A stretch of 64,000 nucleotides of DNA from Candidatus Nomurabacteria bacterium (GTDB taxonomy: Bacteria > Patescibacteriota > Minisyncoccia > Phycocordibacterales > UBA10002), in assembly GCA_943349725.1 (NCBI GenBank), contig CALQZP010000001.1:5401-69400 (forward strand), read 5' to 3'. The notes under the pieces are model-generated. The model worked only from the letters and a program-made list of their open reading frames with translations. It did not search any database and was not told the origin of the DNA. Positions 8,792 through 17,916 of the stretch are shown here, piece after piece. Position numbers and translations under genes: made by a program. Within the stretch, counting starts at the first letter, position 1; every line of letters starts with the position of its first letter.

Positions 8792-9393
8792 GGGTCGCAC
8801 TCCGCGAGGGAGTTGACCCTGGGAACCTCCGCGGGCGGATCGAGGAGAAGTTCCTCGACCGTCGGGAGTGAATCCTCCCCCCTCCGGAGTAGCCGTGGGC
8901 AGTCCACGACCACGAAGCCTCCGTTTACCAACGCCTCCTTGTTGAGGTGCCGGTTAACCGCGGCGAGCGGCCAAAGGGGGTGGATGGGCGACGGGGAGGG
9001 GTCCCACTCCCCGTGGAGCTCGTCCCAAAGCTCGCGGTACTCCCAGTCTTTCGCAGGGCGCTCGTGCGCCCGGCAGTGCTCGTTCCGCTCAAGCACATTC
9101 GCCCTCTTGGTGAGGGCCATTGCCGTTGGCACCCGGAGGAGCGGTGCCGGAATACACAACCTTTCGTCCCCACTTTCAAGGCGGAGGACAAAGAGGTCGT
9201 AGTGGGCCTGACTGGCGCACTCGCCGGCAGGGTCGTCCGTTTCGAGCTCGACGACGAGCCCCTTCGCCGCCTCTTCACCCCTGAACAGGGCGTCAAGGAG
9301 GAGGCAGAAGACCGTGTTTGGCAGGGTGTAATTTTCCCCTGCCCCGATGTCTTTCGCCCTGTCCGCGAGGGCGAAAAGTTTTTTGATATCCAT
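8788..9393 (-). CDS. hypothetical protein, GC-island paralog family (copy A2)
   Basis: Translation is about 70% identical, with conservative substitutions, to 33938-34564; start at MDIKKLFALADRAK is preceded by a GGAAAGGAAGT RBS. Confidence 0.65.
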   Translation of the reverse strand: MDIKKLFALADRAKDIGAGENYTLPNTVFCLLLDALFRGEEAAKGLVVELETDDPAGECASQAHYDLFVLRLESGDERLCIPAPLLRVPTAMALTKRANVLERNEHCRAHERPAKDWEYRELWDELHGEWDPSPSPIHPLWPLAAVNRHLNKEALVNGGFVVVDCPRLLRRGEDSLPTVEELLLDPPAEVPRVNSLAECDP

Positions 9394-9527
9394 ACTTCCT
9401 TTCCGGCGCAACATCGCGCCAAGAAGTTTTTTTCTCGATAGGCCGACGATTGGTTTCCACACACATGGAAATCCTCGGCCTAATGAAGTCCAGCACCAGA
9501 AAATCCTTCGATTTGTTGGTGCTGGAA

Positions 9528-9624
9528 ATTGTTGTGGTGAACGCCGAATCGCTCACCGTTAACCCAAAGAACTATCGCGCAAAGCGGTGCGCGAGCCCGT
9601 TTTAGAAAACGGGCAAAATGTTAC
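9528..9624. repeat. about 100 nt direct repeat, copy 2
   Basis: Near-identical to 8691-8791. Confidence 0.75.
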
Positions 9625-9657
9625 CCTTTCACCGCCCCGTAGGACGGCGGGAGGTGA

Positions 9658-10119
9658 TCAATACCCGACTGGGTACCACCACCTGGTGTGGCTCGGTCCC
9701 GGCTTCCACCTTGTCCCCGTGTCGGGGTGGGACTCGAATCCCTCCTGGTGGTTGGGGGTGTAAAACCCCTTCTCCACCTCCTCGTCCAAGTAGACGAGGT
9801 CGTTGAGGGTGGCCCGGCGGAGATGGGCCCAGTTATGCCTACACACGGAGCTCCCGCCCCAGTGGGAGACTCGTTGCGAGTCAACCCCCTCCCTGTACAC
9901 CCATGGGAGGGTGAACAGGGAATTCTCCCTGTTGTTTCTGGCCGAAACAACAACCCCCTGCTGATAGTGGGTTCCAAGAACCCACCCCTCCATATCGAGG
10001 GTGGCGTAGAAAACCCCGTCCTGCTGGTGCAGGTGACGGATGGACCCCTCCTTCGAGAAGTCCATAATTTCCGCCAACGAACCCGCCACCGCCACTCCCG
10101 TAATTTCAATTTTTTTCAT
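9658..10119 (-). CDS. hypothetical protein (GC-island gene A1)
   Basis: 153 aa ORF; AAGGAAG RBS before the ATG; about 65% GC; no recognised family. Confidence 0.5.
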   Translation of the reverse strand: MKKIEITGVAVAGSLAEIMDFSKEGSIRHLHQQDGVFYATLDMEGWVLGTHYQQGVVVSARNNRENSLFTLPWVYREGVDSQRVSHWGGSSVCRHNWAHLRRATLNDLVYLDEEVEKGFYTPNHQEGFESHPDTGTRWKPGPSHTRWWYPVGY

Positions 10120-10749
10120 TTTCTTCCTTCTTTTTCTCTTTTTTTTGTTGTTTGTTTCTTTGAACCCTGTTTAAAGTCGATGATTCAACGACTTTTGCCC
10201 AATGCTTACACAACATCGAGCTACCGAAACGACCGATTTCTCGGTCCTACCCAGAGCCTCCAGTTGGGCCAAGGGTGCTCTATCTCGGAATCGCAGTTAA
10301 TGAAATGCGACCCCTCTTGCTCTGCCGACACAGGTCGGCAAGGCGAAGAGGAGTAACATTTCGGAACGAATGACCGCTCCGCGTCTTCCTGTTTGAGGTT
10401 TTATCTTCACCTCAAACTTTCTTCTGCCTATTCGGTTGTCAAAGAATCAAACATACAGTATACCATGTACCATATATAAAGTCAATAGGTGGGGAGGGCT
10501 GAAAAAGCTATGATTAGAGCCATGAAAAACTCCGCCTTTATTGATGCGCAAACTGAAAAAGGAAGTCAGAGAGAAGATAACAGGACTTATGTACACCCCT
10601 CCCGCGCTAGACGCGTGTGTGCTCCCCTTGTTAGGGGAGAATTAAGACAAAGTTGCGTAAGTCCTAGATAAATTATATGAATAATCTTAATCATAAAATC
10701 GGCAGAGGTTGGAAACGAAAACGCACCGCGCAGACACGAGGACTGCGAG

Positions 10750-12072
10750 ATGCGTTTTCTTGTGAATGAACCTATGATAGCAGACCAAACAGAAAAGTCA
10801 GCAGGGTACGAGATGCCTCCGGCCGTACACGGAATGTCCTTACGGCATCTGGTCAGCACTCTCAAACTCCCCTACCACTACCTGCTCGCCATGCTTGGGG
10901 CCATTATTTATGGCTTCCCTTCACGAAAGTTAAACGTTATCGCCGTAACCGGAACTAAGGGTAAGAGCTCGGTAGTGGAGCTCATAAGCGCATTACTTGA
11001 TGAAGCGGGGTATAAAACCGCGCACGCTTCCACCATTCATTTCAAGATTGGCGACAAGATTGAACGGAATATGCACAAGATGACGATGCCGGGACGTTTT
11101 TTCCTCCAACATTTTCTGCGTAAAGCCGTTCAAGCCGGATGCACCCATGCGGTGATTGAGATGACCTCGGAAGGAGCACGACAGTTCAGACATAAGTTCA
11201 TCTTCCTCAATGCGCTTATCTTTACGAACCTCGCGCCAGAACACCTTGAGTCGCACGGCTCATACGAAAACTATGTTCGCGCCAAAGTGTCTATCGCGCG
11301 CGAACTTGAGAAATCACCAAAGAAAAATAAAATGCTTATTGTAAACGGTGAGGATGCGGAAGCGCACCGATTTCTGGAAGTGTTTACCGGCACCAAAAAG
11401 ATATTTAGTGCGAAGGACGCGGGAGGGCCGGTGGTTACGTCAGAGGGGATTTCATTCAATTGGCAGGGCGTTCGTATAGAATCATCACTTCCGGGGAAAT
11501 TTAACCTGTACAATATTCTTGCCACAGTAACGTATGCGGATACTCTAGGTATACCGTTGGAGAAAATTCAGTCAGGGATCAAGAAAATGAGGGGTATTTT
11601 GGGACGTGCACAAAAGATTGAAGGATCCGATTTCTCGGTCATCGTCGACTATGCGCACACTCCCGAATCACTTGAGCAGTTCTATGAAACCTACGCCGGA
11701 AAATACAAGCGGTGCATTTTGGGAAATACGGGAGGAGGGAGGGACACCTGGAAGCGTCCGGTGATGGCGGGTATTGCCGAAAAATACTGCGATGAGGTTA
11801 TTCTTACCAATGAAGACCCATACGACGAAGACCCCGAGAGGATTATTAGGGAGATGGCCGTCGGAATGAAGTACAAAGAACCATTACTCATTCTTGATCG
11901 TAGGACGGCTATCCGCGCAGCACTCCAAAAATCAACTAAAGGTGATTTTGTGCTCATTACCGGCAAAGGAACCGACCCGTTTATTATGGGTCCGAACGGC
12001 ACCAAAGAGGCGTGGGATGACGCAACCGTGGTGAAGGAGGAATTGCAGAAAATCCTAAATTCTAATATCTAA
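10750..12072 (+). CDS. Mur ligase family protein (MurE-like UDP-MurNAc-tripeptide synthetase)
   Basis: 440 aa; P-loop VIAVTGTKGKSS, DYAHTPESL motif, C-terminal Mur ligase domain. Confidence 0.7.
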   Translation: MRFLVNEPMIADQTEKSAGYEMPPAVHGMSLRHLVSTLKLPYHYLLAMLGAIIYGFPSRKLNVIAVTGTKGKSSVVELISALLDEAGYKTAHASTIHFKIGDKIERNMHKMTMPGRFFLQHFLRKAVQAGCTHAVIEMTSEGARQFRHKFIFLNALIFTNLAPEHLESHGSYENYVRAKVSIARELEKSPKKNKMLIVNGEDAEAHRFLEVFTGTKKIFSAKDAGGPVVTSEGISFNWQGVRIESSLPGKFNLYNILATVTYADTLGIPLEKIQSGIKKMRGILGRAQKIEGSDFSVIVDYAHTPESLEQFYETYAGKYKRCILGNTGGGRDTWKRPVMAGIAEKYCDEVILTNEDPYDEDPERIIREMAVGMKYKEPLLILDRRTAIRAALQKSTKGDFVLITGKGTDPFIMGPNGTKEAWDDATVVKEELQKILNSNI

Positions 12073-12186
12073 ATTCTAAACAAACCACAAAAATTGAAAA
12101 CCTAAACGAGGTTGGTTTATGGCTTTGTGATTTGGATTTTAGAATTTGTTTAGATTTTAGAGTTTCGTTTTTAGATATTCCACTTC

Positions 12187-13443
12187 CTAGTGGCTGTATT
12201 TTTCATTCAGCTTCTGGAGCGTCAGCTCTCCCACAGTTCCGGAAGGCGGAAGTCCATGCTTTTCCTGAAAATCTTTGACCGCAAGTATCGTGCAGGGACC
12301 GAAACTTCCCGTGAGCGGACAATCTCGTTTGCTTTTTCCTTCCGGTGGATACATTTCCTCGAGGAGAAGCGCGGTTTGTAGTGAAAGCACGCTCGGGTTC
12401 CCGCCTCCTCCCGCAACGAGGGGTTCACTCCAGTTATGGGGCAAAAGTGTCGTCGGATATTTTTGGAAAATCTCTCCATTCTTTCCGAAAAAACGATTGA
12501 GTCCCTGATAGGTCTGAAACGCCAGCTCCTTGAGGACGCGCGCACGAACCTCCGGGCCGATGAACTTTTGTTCGTAAATATAGCCATATTCAATAAGGAC
12601 GGAGGCGGGGTCAAGCGTGTTGTACGAACCGATGGCAATAAGCCCTTGGTCTTCCACTATTCCGCTATCTTCAATGGGTAGATTGCTTTCCGCATAAAAC
12701 TTAAGAAATTGCTTGAGTAACGAAAGTGCCACCTCCTTGCTTGCCCGCGCATTTGAAAACTGCGAATCGGGAACGTAGAGCGCAAACCCACTATAGCGAC
12801 CTGTCTTATGACTACGCCTCCCGGGGTAGTCATTGAAGTGAATATGAAGCACGATGTCCACCCGGTGCTCATTTGCCCACTTGTTAAACGAGTAGAGCTT
12901 TGTCGCCACTTCATTCGGCGCGGAATTGTGTATCACTCCGTCAGTAAGATGCACACTCCCGGCGCGCACGAGTTCGCGCATCGTCTGTTTTTTCTCGGCG
13001 ACAAAAGTGGCAATCATATCGCGCTCCGTTTCAAAATAATTTTGAAATTCGGGAGCGTACCCTTTCGTGGTCCGCGTAAGAATCGGCTCATAGGCAGAAT
13101 CGGCCGAGAGAAGTCTCGCGAGCTCCTCCCCTACAACAACATTCATGTCAGCCTCGCGCACGCCCTGAAACTCCGTGCCCCAGGCATCGTTGTCATGCCC
13201 GGGAACAATGAGGACTCGCAGTTTACGTTCCCCGTGTGTCGCCCGAGTATAGATTTCCTGTAACTGCTCGGGGGTAACACTCTCCGTAAAAAAGACGCCT
13301 GCAAATAACCGGTCAACATCCTGAAAAGAAAGGAGTGGGGAATGGGACACACTGAAGGAAACCACAAGAGCGGTTCCACAGCACGACACGGCAAAAAGTC
13401 TTAAAAAGCGCTTCACCGCTCCAGTATACCAGGAAAAGTTCAA
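12187..13443 (-). CDS. N-acetylmuramoyl-L-alanine amidase (Amidase_3) with C-terminal peptidoglycan-binding domain
   Basis: 418 aa, signal peptide, amidase_3-like core, C-terminal ILAVKDFQEKHGLPPSGTVG PG-binding repeat. Confidence 0.55.
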   Translation of the reverse strand: MNFSWYTGAVKRFLRLFAVSCCGTALVVSFSVSHSPLLSFQDVDRLFAGVFFTESVTPEQLQEIYTRATHGERKLRVLIVPGHDNDAWGTEFQGVREADMNVVVGEELARLLSADSAYEPILTRTTKGYAPEFQNYFETERDMIATFVAEKKQTMRELVRAGSVHLTDGVIHNSAPNEVATKLYSFNKWANEHRVDIVLHIHFNDYPGRRSHKTGRYSGFALYVPDSQFSNARASKEVALSLLKQFLKFYAESNLPIEDSGIVEDQGLIAIGSYNTLDPASVLIEYGYIYEQKFIGPEVRARVLKELAFQTYQGLNRFFGKNGEIFQKYPTTLLPHNWSEPLVAGGGGNPSVLSLQTALLLEEMYPPEGKSKRDCPLTGSFGPCTILAVKDFQEKHGLPPSGTVGELTLQKLNEKYSH

Positions 13444-13460
13444 GCCACTGATTTGGGAAA

Positions 13461-14417
13461 GTGCGCTATTTGTTCTACAATTACCTCACTATGGACGATG
13501 CAAAATGGTTTGTTGGGTTTCTTTTGGTTTTCGGGATTATCTGGCTGAGCGGAAAAAGCAATCCATCAAGACAGCCTTCCCCGCACGCGACCTCAACCCC
13601 CAAGACAAGGGGTATTCCCGCAGAGGTGGGTCCTCGAAGAGGAACACCCAAAAAAGAAGTGATCTCCGCCCCGCCAGCGAGTACCGTTTTACCTAGCGCC
13701 CCCATTTCCACGACACCTTCCGAGGATATCTCCCCTTTTTACGGCCGGCTAACCATTGGTTCGCTAAATCGCGGTACACTAGGAAACGAATACGTCATCA
13801 TTCAGGCTTCAAGTAAGAACGTCGGTGACACGGACATCACCGGAGTCACCATTAGAAGTGGGATAGGCCTTACCGGAGAAACTATCGGCAAGGGGTGGAC
13901 GGCCTATTTCCCGGGAACTGTTGGTGAGGGTGACCCTATACTCCTCCGCCCTGGAAACCGGGTGTATGTTCTTTCAGGACGTCCGCCAGGAGGAATGACA
14001 CTACCGTCAAAGGGCGGTTTCCAGCTTAACCTATGCACCGGTTTTTTTGAGCAGGGACAGAATTTTTATCCTGGACTACCGCTTCAGTGTCCTCGTCCAG
14101 AAAACGGGCCACTCCTCTCTTCGGGAGATATCTTGAGCGAAGATTGCTATACCTACCTTAAGCGCATACCCCGCTGTACCGTCCCCTCATCGGTTCCTAA
14201 GAATCTCGCTTCGGACGGAAATTGTCGCGCGTACGCGCTTACCAAAATAAACTACGGACAATGCGTGGTCGATTACCGAAAGGACCCAAGGTTTTTACGG
14301 GGCGAATGGCGCGTGTACCTCGGGCGAGGCACGAGACTGTGGCGTGACGGAAAGGAAATTATAGAAATCTTGGATAAAGACGGGAAACTTATTGCGAGAA
14401 AGCAGTACGGTTCATAG
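13461..14417 (+). CDS. membrane-anchored/secreted hypothetical protein
   Basis: 318 aa, N-terminal TM helix, Pro/Ser/Thr-rich linker, Cys-rich C-terminal domain. Confidence 0.45.
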   Translation: MRYLFYNYLTMDDAKWFVGFLLVFGIIWLSGKSNPSRQPSPHATSTPKTRGIPAEVGPRRGTPKKEVISAPPASTVLPSAPISTTPSEDISPFYGRLTIGSLNRGTLGNEYVIIQASSKNVGDTDITGVTIRSGIGLTGETIGKGWTAYFPGTVGEGDPILLRPGNRVYVLSGRPPGGMTLPSKGGFQLNLCTGFFEQGQNFYPGLPLQCPRPENGPLLSSGDILSEDCYTYLKRIPRCTVPSSVPKNLASDGNCRAYALTKINYGQCVVDYRKDPRFLRGEWRVYLGRGTRLWRDGKEIIEILDKDGKLIARKQYGS

Positions 14418-14894
14418 ACATTGGCGCCACGCGAACTGAAAAAGTACAATCCCCGCGGTCACCGAGACATTGAGCGACTCCTTTGTGCCATGCATCGGGA
14501 TTTCAATGATGTGGTCACACTTTTTGAGTATACTTTTCGGAATACCGTCCACTTCATTCCCAAGAATGAGCGCGACCGAACCTTTCGGTCTGTATGTTTT
14601 GTAATTGACCGAGTGCGTGTCTTGCTCCACGGCGACAATGCTCACCTTTTGTTCCTTAAATTTACGGAGGAGAGGTGCAATGGTTTTCTGATACTCCCAC
14701 GAGACACTCGCCTCGGAGCCGAGAGCAACCTTTGCTAAATCTTTCCGAGGAAGGCCGTAGCGGTCTATCGGTGTTGGTGTAGTCCCAATGAGGTACAGCT
14801 TCTCCACCCCTGCCCCATCAGCAGTTCTAAATATGGAGCCTACGTTATGCACACTCCGGATATTATGAAGAATTAAGAAAACCATGACGGGCAC
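14412..14894 (-). CDS. SpoU/TrmH-family RNA 2'-O-methyltransferase (TrmL-like)
   Basis: 160 aa; SPOUT fold motifs SIFRTADGAG, LILGNEVDGIP, FAWRQ. Confidence 0.7.
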   Translation of the reverse strand: MPVMVFLILHNIRSVHNVGSIFRTADGAGVEKLYLIGTTPTPIDRYGLPRKDLAKVALGSEASVSWEYQKTIAPLLRKFKEQKVSIVAVEQDTHSVNYKTYRPKGSVALILGNEVDGIPKSILKKCDHIIEIPMHGTKESLNVSVTAGIVLFQFAWRQCL

Positions 14895-14954
14895 TGTAAC
14901 AGGGAACAGCTGGATTGCCTATACGCAAAAAGGAGTCGTTTAAAACAGACTCCT

Positions 14955-15104
14955 TTAATTGCGAGAAACTTCTCGACGAAACCGCACGTTATCGTTCGCG
15001 TTCTGCACGTCGTTGTAATTCACGTTCACCGTACCATTGCTGCGATTGAAGTTCACATACGGCACGTTCTCGTCGGGAAGGCGGTTCGTCCTGTCTTTCT
15101 CCAT
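14955..15104 (-). CDS. 49 aa orphan ORF homologous to the C-terminal tail of the 15418-16269 protein
   Basis: MEKDRTNRLPDENVPYVNFNRSNGTVNVNYNDVQNANDNVRFRREVSRN aligns to ...RLPDERVPCVHFNRGLGGVNVYCYDV...VRFRRAV of the upstream gene; the underlying roughly 110 nt DNA repeats are about 80% identical. Confidence 0.35.
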   Translation of the reverse strand: MEKDRTNRLPDENVPYVNFNRSNGTVNVNYNDVQNANDNVRFRREVSRN

Positions 15105-15147
15105 CCGTAATCTCCGGAAGGCGATTGCTCATCTTCCTGTGTCTTAT

Positions 15148-15301
15148 ACCATCTCCAATTAACGCTTGGACATTAACTTATTTCTTAATTTCGAGCGAAA
15201 GACGAGATGGAGTCCGAGCCGTATCGAGATACGGCGAGGACGAAGCGAAGTTTTGTAGCCGAAATTCAGGAATAAGTATGCGATGGTTAATTGGAGATGG
15301 T
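15148..15301. repeat. 16 bp perfect inverted repeats (accatctccaattaac) flanking a 122 nt structured spacer
   Basis: Seen directly; the spacer contains the palindrome ccgtatcgagatacgg; MITE-like or small RNA. Confidence 0.5.
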
Positions 15302-15417
15302 ATTACGATGACCAATCGTCATTCGCCGATGCGAACCGACTGAACAGTCGTCTCAAGCATATACAAAAAGCCGATGTGCAACAATCTCTTGTCACACACC
15401 GGCTGGACTTGTTCTTC

Positions 15418-16269
15418 CTATTGCGGAAGTGAAGAAGTTTGAAGGTTTGAAGGAACAACTGCTCGACGAAACCGCACGTCCGCGAGCGCGAGCAGCACGT
15501 CATAGCAATACACGTTCACCCCACCAAGGCCGCGATTGAAGTGCACACACGGCACGCGCTCGTCGGGAAGGCGGGAGTCAGTACAGAAGGTTATAACGCC
15601 TTGGTCCGGATGAACGCTGTACTGTCTCCCATATGCTCGTCCAAAGAGTTGGCGCATAGGAACCGTAGTAGTTGTCCACGGGAGTTCGCGAACGGCAACC
15701 GTATGAAGATTGATCGGACTGTTCGTGCCCTTTCCAAGACATCCATCCGGAGCCTCCTGCTCATCCGCGACCCAAAAGCCAAAGGTACCGGTGTGTTTGT
15801 GCGTCATCTCCACATCGTCAAGGCTTTTATCACCGGAAAATCTCGAGACCTTGCCACCATAGGCTTTTTTATCGGACTGGAAGAAAAACTCCGCCGACTG
15901 CGCCACCTTTTCGTGCATTAGGCAGAAACGGGCTTTGTAGCCGAGGGGTTGGCGTGGGATAAGGAGTCCGGCGAAATCGGTTTTCATGCCGTATTCGTCG
16001 CTCCAGAACTTTTCTTCCCGCTGTGCGAGTTCGCTCGGAATGGTAATAAGCGACGAATCCGTCTTCGTCGATTCTTTGAGCGCAATGCGCTGGTCGCAAC
16101 CGAGATGCGCGACCGTCCGCACCAACTCTGACACCTGCGGATGATTTTCGTTCTTGAGCAAATAATACACTTCAGCATCCGACAGAACGCCGACACTATT
16201 CGCAAATCTGCCCGCGAGGGTCAATCTTTGCTGTACTTCTTCTGTCACCAACAAGGGGGCCTTAGTCAT
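15418..16269 (-). CDS. hypothetical protein (283 aa)
   Basis: Long ORF with an RBS-like purine run upstream; no family recognised. Confidence 0.5.
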   Translation of the reverse strand: MTKAPLLVTEEVQQRLTLAGRFANSVGVLSDAEVYYLLKNENHPQVSELVRTVAHLGCDQRIALKESTKTDSSLITIPSELAQREEKFWSDEYGMKTDFAGLLIPRQPLGYKARFCLMHEKVAQSAEFFFQSDKKAYGGKVSRFSGDKSLDDVEMTHKHTGTFGFWVADEQEAPDGCLGKGTNSPINLHTVAVRELPWTTTTVPMRQLFGRAYGRQYSVHPDQGVITFCTDSRLPDERVPCVHFNRGLGGVNVYCYDVLLALADVRFRRAVVPSNLQTSSLPQ

Positions 16270-16396
16270 AAGGAATCCTTTTTCTTTTTTTGATTGTTAC
16301 CAAAGGACAGTCGAGATGGCACTAATGCGCGCCATTTTCTGTCCGAAAATACCCTACCATATTTGTCTGTCTGACGTCAAATTTTGAACGAGGACA

Positions 16397-16870
16397 ATGA
16401 GAGGGTCAACGGGGGGTCTGTTCAGTCACCGTTACTTGTCCTTGTTTCTTTGGTATAGTTATTGCATGTTAAGCATCTTCCCCGATTTACTCAACTTTGG
16501 TTTTTTCGCCCCCTTGCTTCTTCGCGTTGCGCTTGGAGTTGTCTTCCTTGGTTTTGGGCGACACACACTAGGCCGTGGTCGTGGGCAACACGGCGCGCTG
16601 TTTGAAGCCATCGGCCTTCGCCAAGGACACCGCTATGTCACTGTCTTCGGTGTGCTTGAAATCGTAGTCGCACTTCTCCTTATCGTCGGCCTCTACACAC
16701 AAGTAGTCGCACTCATTGTATTTATTCTTTCCCTGGAAGCCTACTATCTCAAAGGCAAACACGGTCAGCATATTGAACACCGCCGTCATCTCTTCTTCCT
16801 CATCGGCATTATCGCATTCTCACTTCTCCTCACCGGAGCAGGCGCTCTCGCGTTTGATTTGCCTCTCTAG
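16397..16870 (+). CDS. DoxX-family membrane protein
   Basis: Four TM helices; APLLLRVALGVVFLGFG resembles the DoxX signature; the true start is probably the Met at 16466. Confidence 0.5.
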   Translation: MRGSTGGLFSHRYLSLFLWYSYCMLSIFPDLLNFGFFAPLLLRVALGVVFLGFGRHTLGRGRGQHGALFEAIGLRQGHRYVTVFGVLEIVVALLLIVGLYTQVVALIVFILSLEAYYLKGKHGQHIEHRRHLFFLIGIIAFSLLLTGAGALAFDLPL

Positions 16871-16909
16871 CTTCAAAATCGGAGAGGAGTATGGTATAAC
16901 ACGTGGGTT

Positions 16910-16982
16910 CCGCCCATAGCTCAGCTGGTAGAGCAGCTCGCTTTTAACGAGAAGGTCCTTGGTTCAAATCCAAGTGGGCGGA
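16910..16982 (+). tRNA. tRNA-Lys (anticodon TTT)
   Basis: Acceptor ccgccca/tgggcgg, D-arm gctc-agctggtag-agc, anticodon loop cTTTTaa, T-arm cttgg-ttcaaat-ccaag; close to canonical tRNA-Lys. Confidence 0.85.
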
Positions 16983-17017
16983 TAGAAATATGATAGGCAT
17001 GGTACTATACTCGTACC

Positions 17018-17845
17018 GTGGAATCTTTCAAAAATAAGTGCATTGCGCTACGAACGAAGGGGCTCACCCTAAGTCAAATAGTAGCCCGAACAAAACGCCC
17101 GAAAACGTCAGTGTATTTTCATATACGGAATATTCATTTACCCGAAGACCGAAAACAGGAAATACGCCGTGCAGCAACACAAAGATTTATCAATTACAAC
17201 AAGAGTAGAAAAGGTAAAAGCAGGATGAATCGTCATCCAATCCCGTTTGAGAAATGGAACGTGGCTCTTGTGTCCTTAGTGGGACATTTAATCTTTGACG
17301 GGGAAATAAAACACGGCGGATGCGTATATACAAATAGAAGCCTAGCGCTTCTTAAGCACGTTGCTGCGTGTATGCAAACGATATACCCGTTTGCGCCAAA
17401 AAGATACGAATCACTTCCAGGAGTTCATAAAATTGGATACCACAACGTAGAACTAAATGATTTCTTCAAGTCAAAAGCGAAGGAATTGATTGTGAAAATC
17501 AAATGTATGGAAAGAGAACTTCAACGTTCGTTCCTCCGAGCTTTTTTTGACGATGAAGGTTCCGTATACTTTATCGGCAAACGCAGAGCGATTAGAGGCT
17601 ACCAACACAATGCTAAAATGCTACACCTTGTGCAGCATCTGCTAAGAAACTTCAGCATAGAAAGCAAGGTGGACAGTAAATACAACGAAGTTACCATTAC
17701 CCGAAGAGAAAATATCTTACAATTTGCACAAGAAATAAATTTCTCCAAGGGACTGCGGATAAATGGGAATCGTTCAAACAGTATCTGGAAAGAGTCGCTT
17801 GAAAAACGTGAGTTGCTTCGGCGAGCACTTGCGTCATATGAGTGA
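17018..17845 (+). CDS. free-standing double-motif LAGLIDADG homing endonuclease-like protein with N-terminal HTH
   Basis: 275 aa; two LAGLIDADG-like motifs (LVGHLIFDGEI and FLRAFFDDEGSV). Confidence 0.6.
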   Translation: MESFKNKCIALRTKGLTLSQIVARTKRPKTSVYFHIRNIHLPEDRKQEIRRAATQRFINYNKSRKGKSRMNRHPIPFEKWNVALVSLVGHLIFDGEIKHGGCVYTNRSLALLKHVAACMQTIYPFAPKRYESLPGVHKIGYHNVELNDFFKSKAKELIVKIKCMERELQRSFLRAFFDDEGSVYFIGKRRAIRGYQHNAKMLHLVQHLLRNFSIESKVDSKYNEVTITRRENILQFAQEINFSKGLRINGNRSNSIWKESLEKRELLRRALASYE

Positions 17846-17916
17846 CTTGCGTTTTCGACCTCAAGAGCTAGTATAAGGATTGAACAACCAAAACCATCTA
17901 CAGAAAGTTCTTTTTT

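Noticed and set aside
8925-9464. Long alternative-frame ORFs inside the GC-rich islands (for example 8925-9464, 8947-9441, 9688-10356, 31506-32186, 31678-32073, 34852-35163, 35238-36002)
   Set aside because: High GC produces stop-free frames. Where paralogs can be compared (8788-9393 against 33938-34564), substitutions are conservative only in the chosen frame and radical in the alternative frames, so the alternatives are treated as spurious.
8341-9627. Possible CRISPR array, because of the repeated palindromic units
   Set aside because: The repeats are about 100 nt, only two full copies exist, the spacing is irregular and the interval is a protein-coding gene. This is not a CRISPR architecture.
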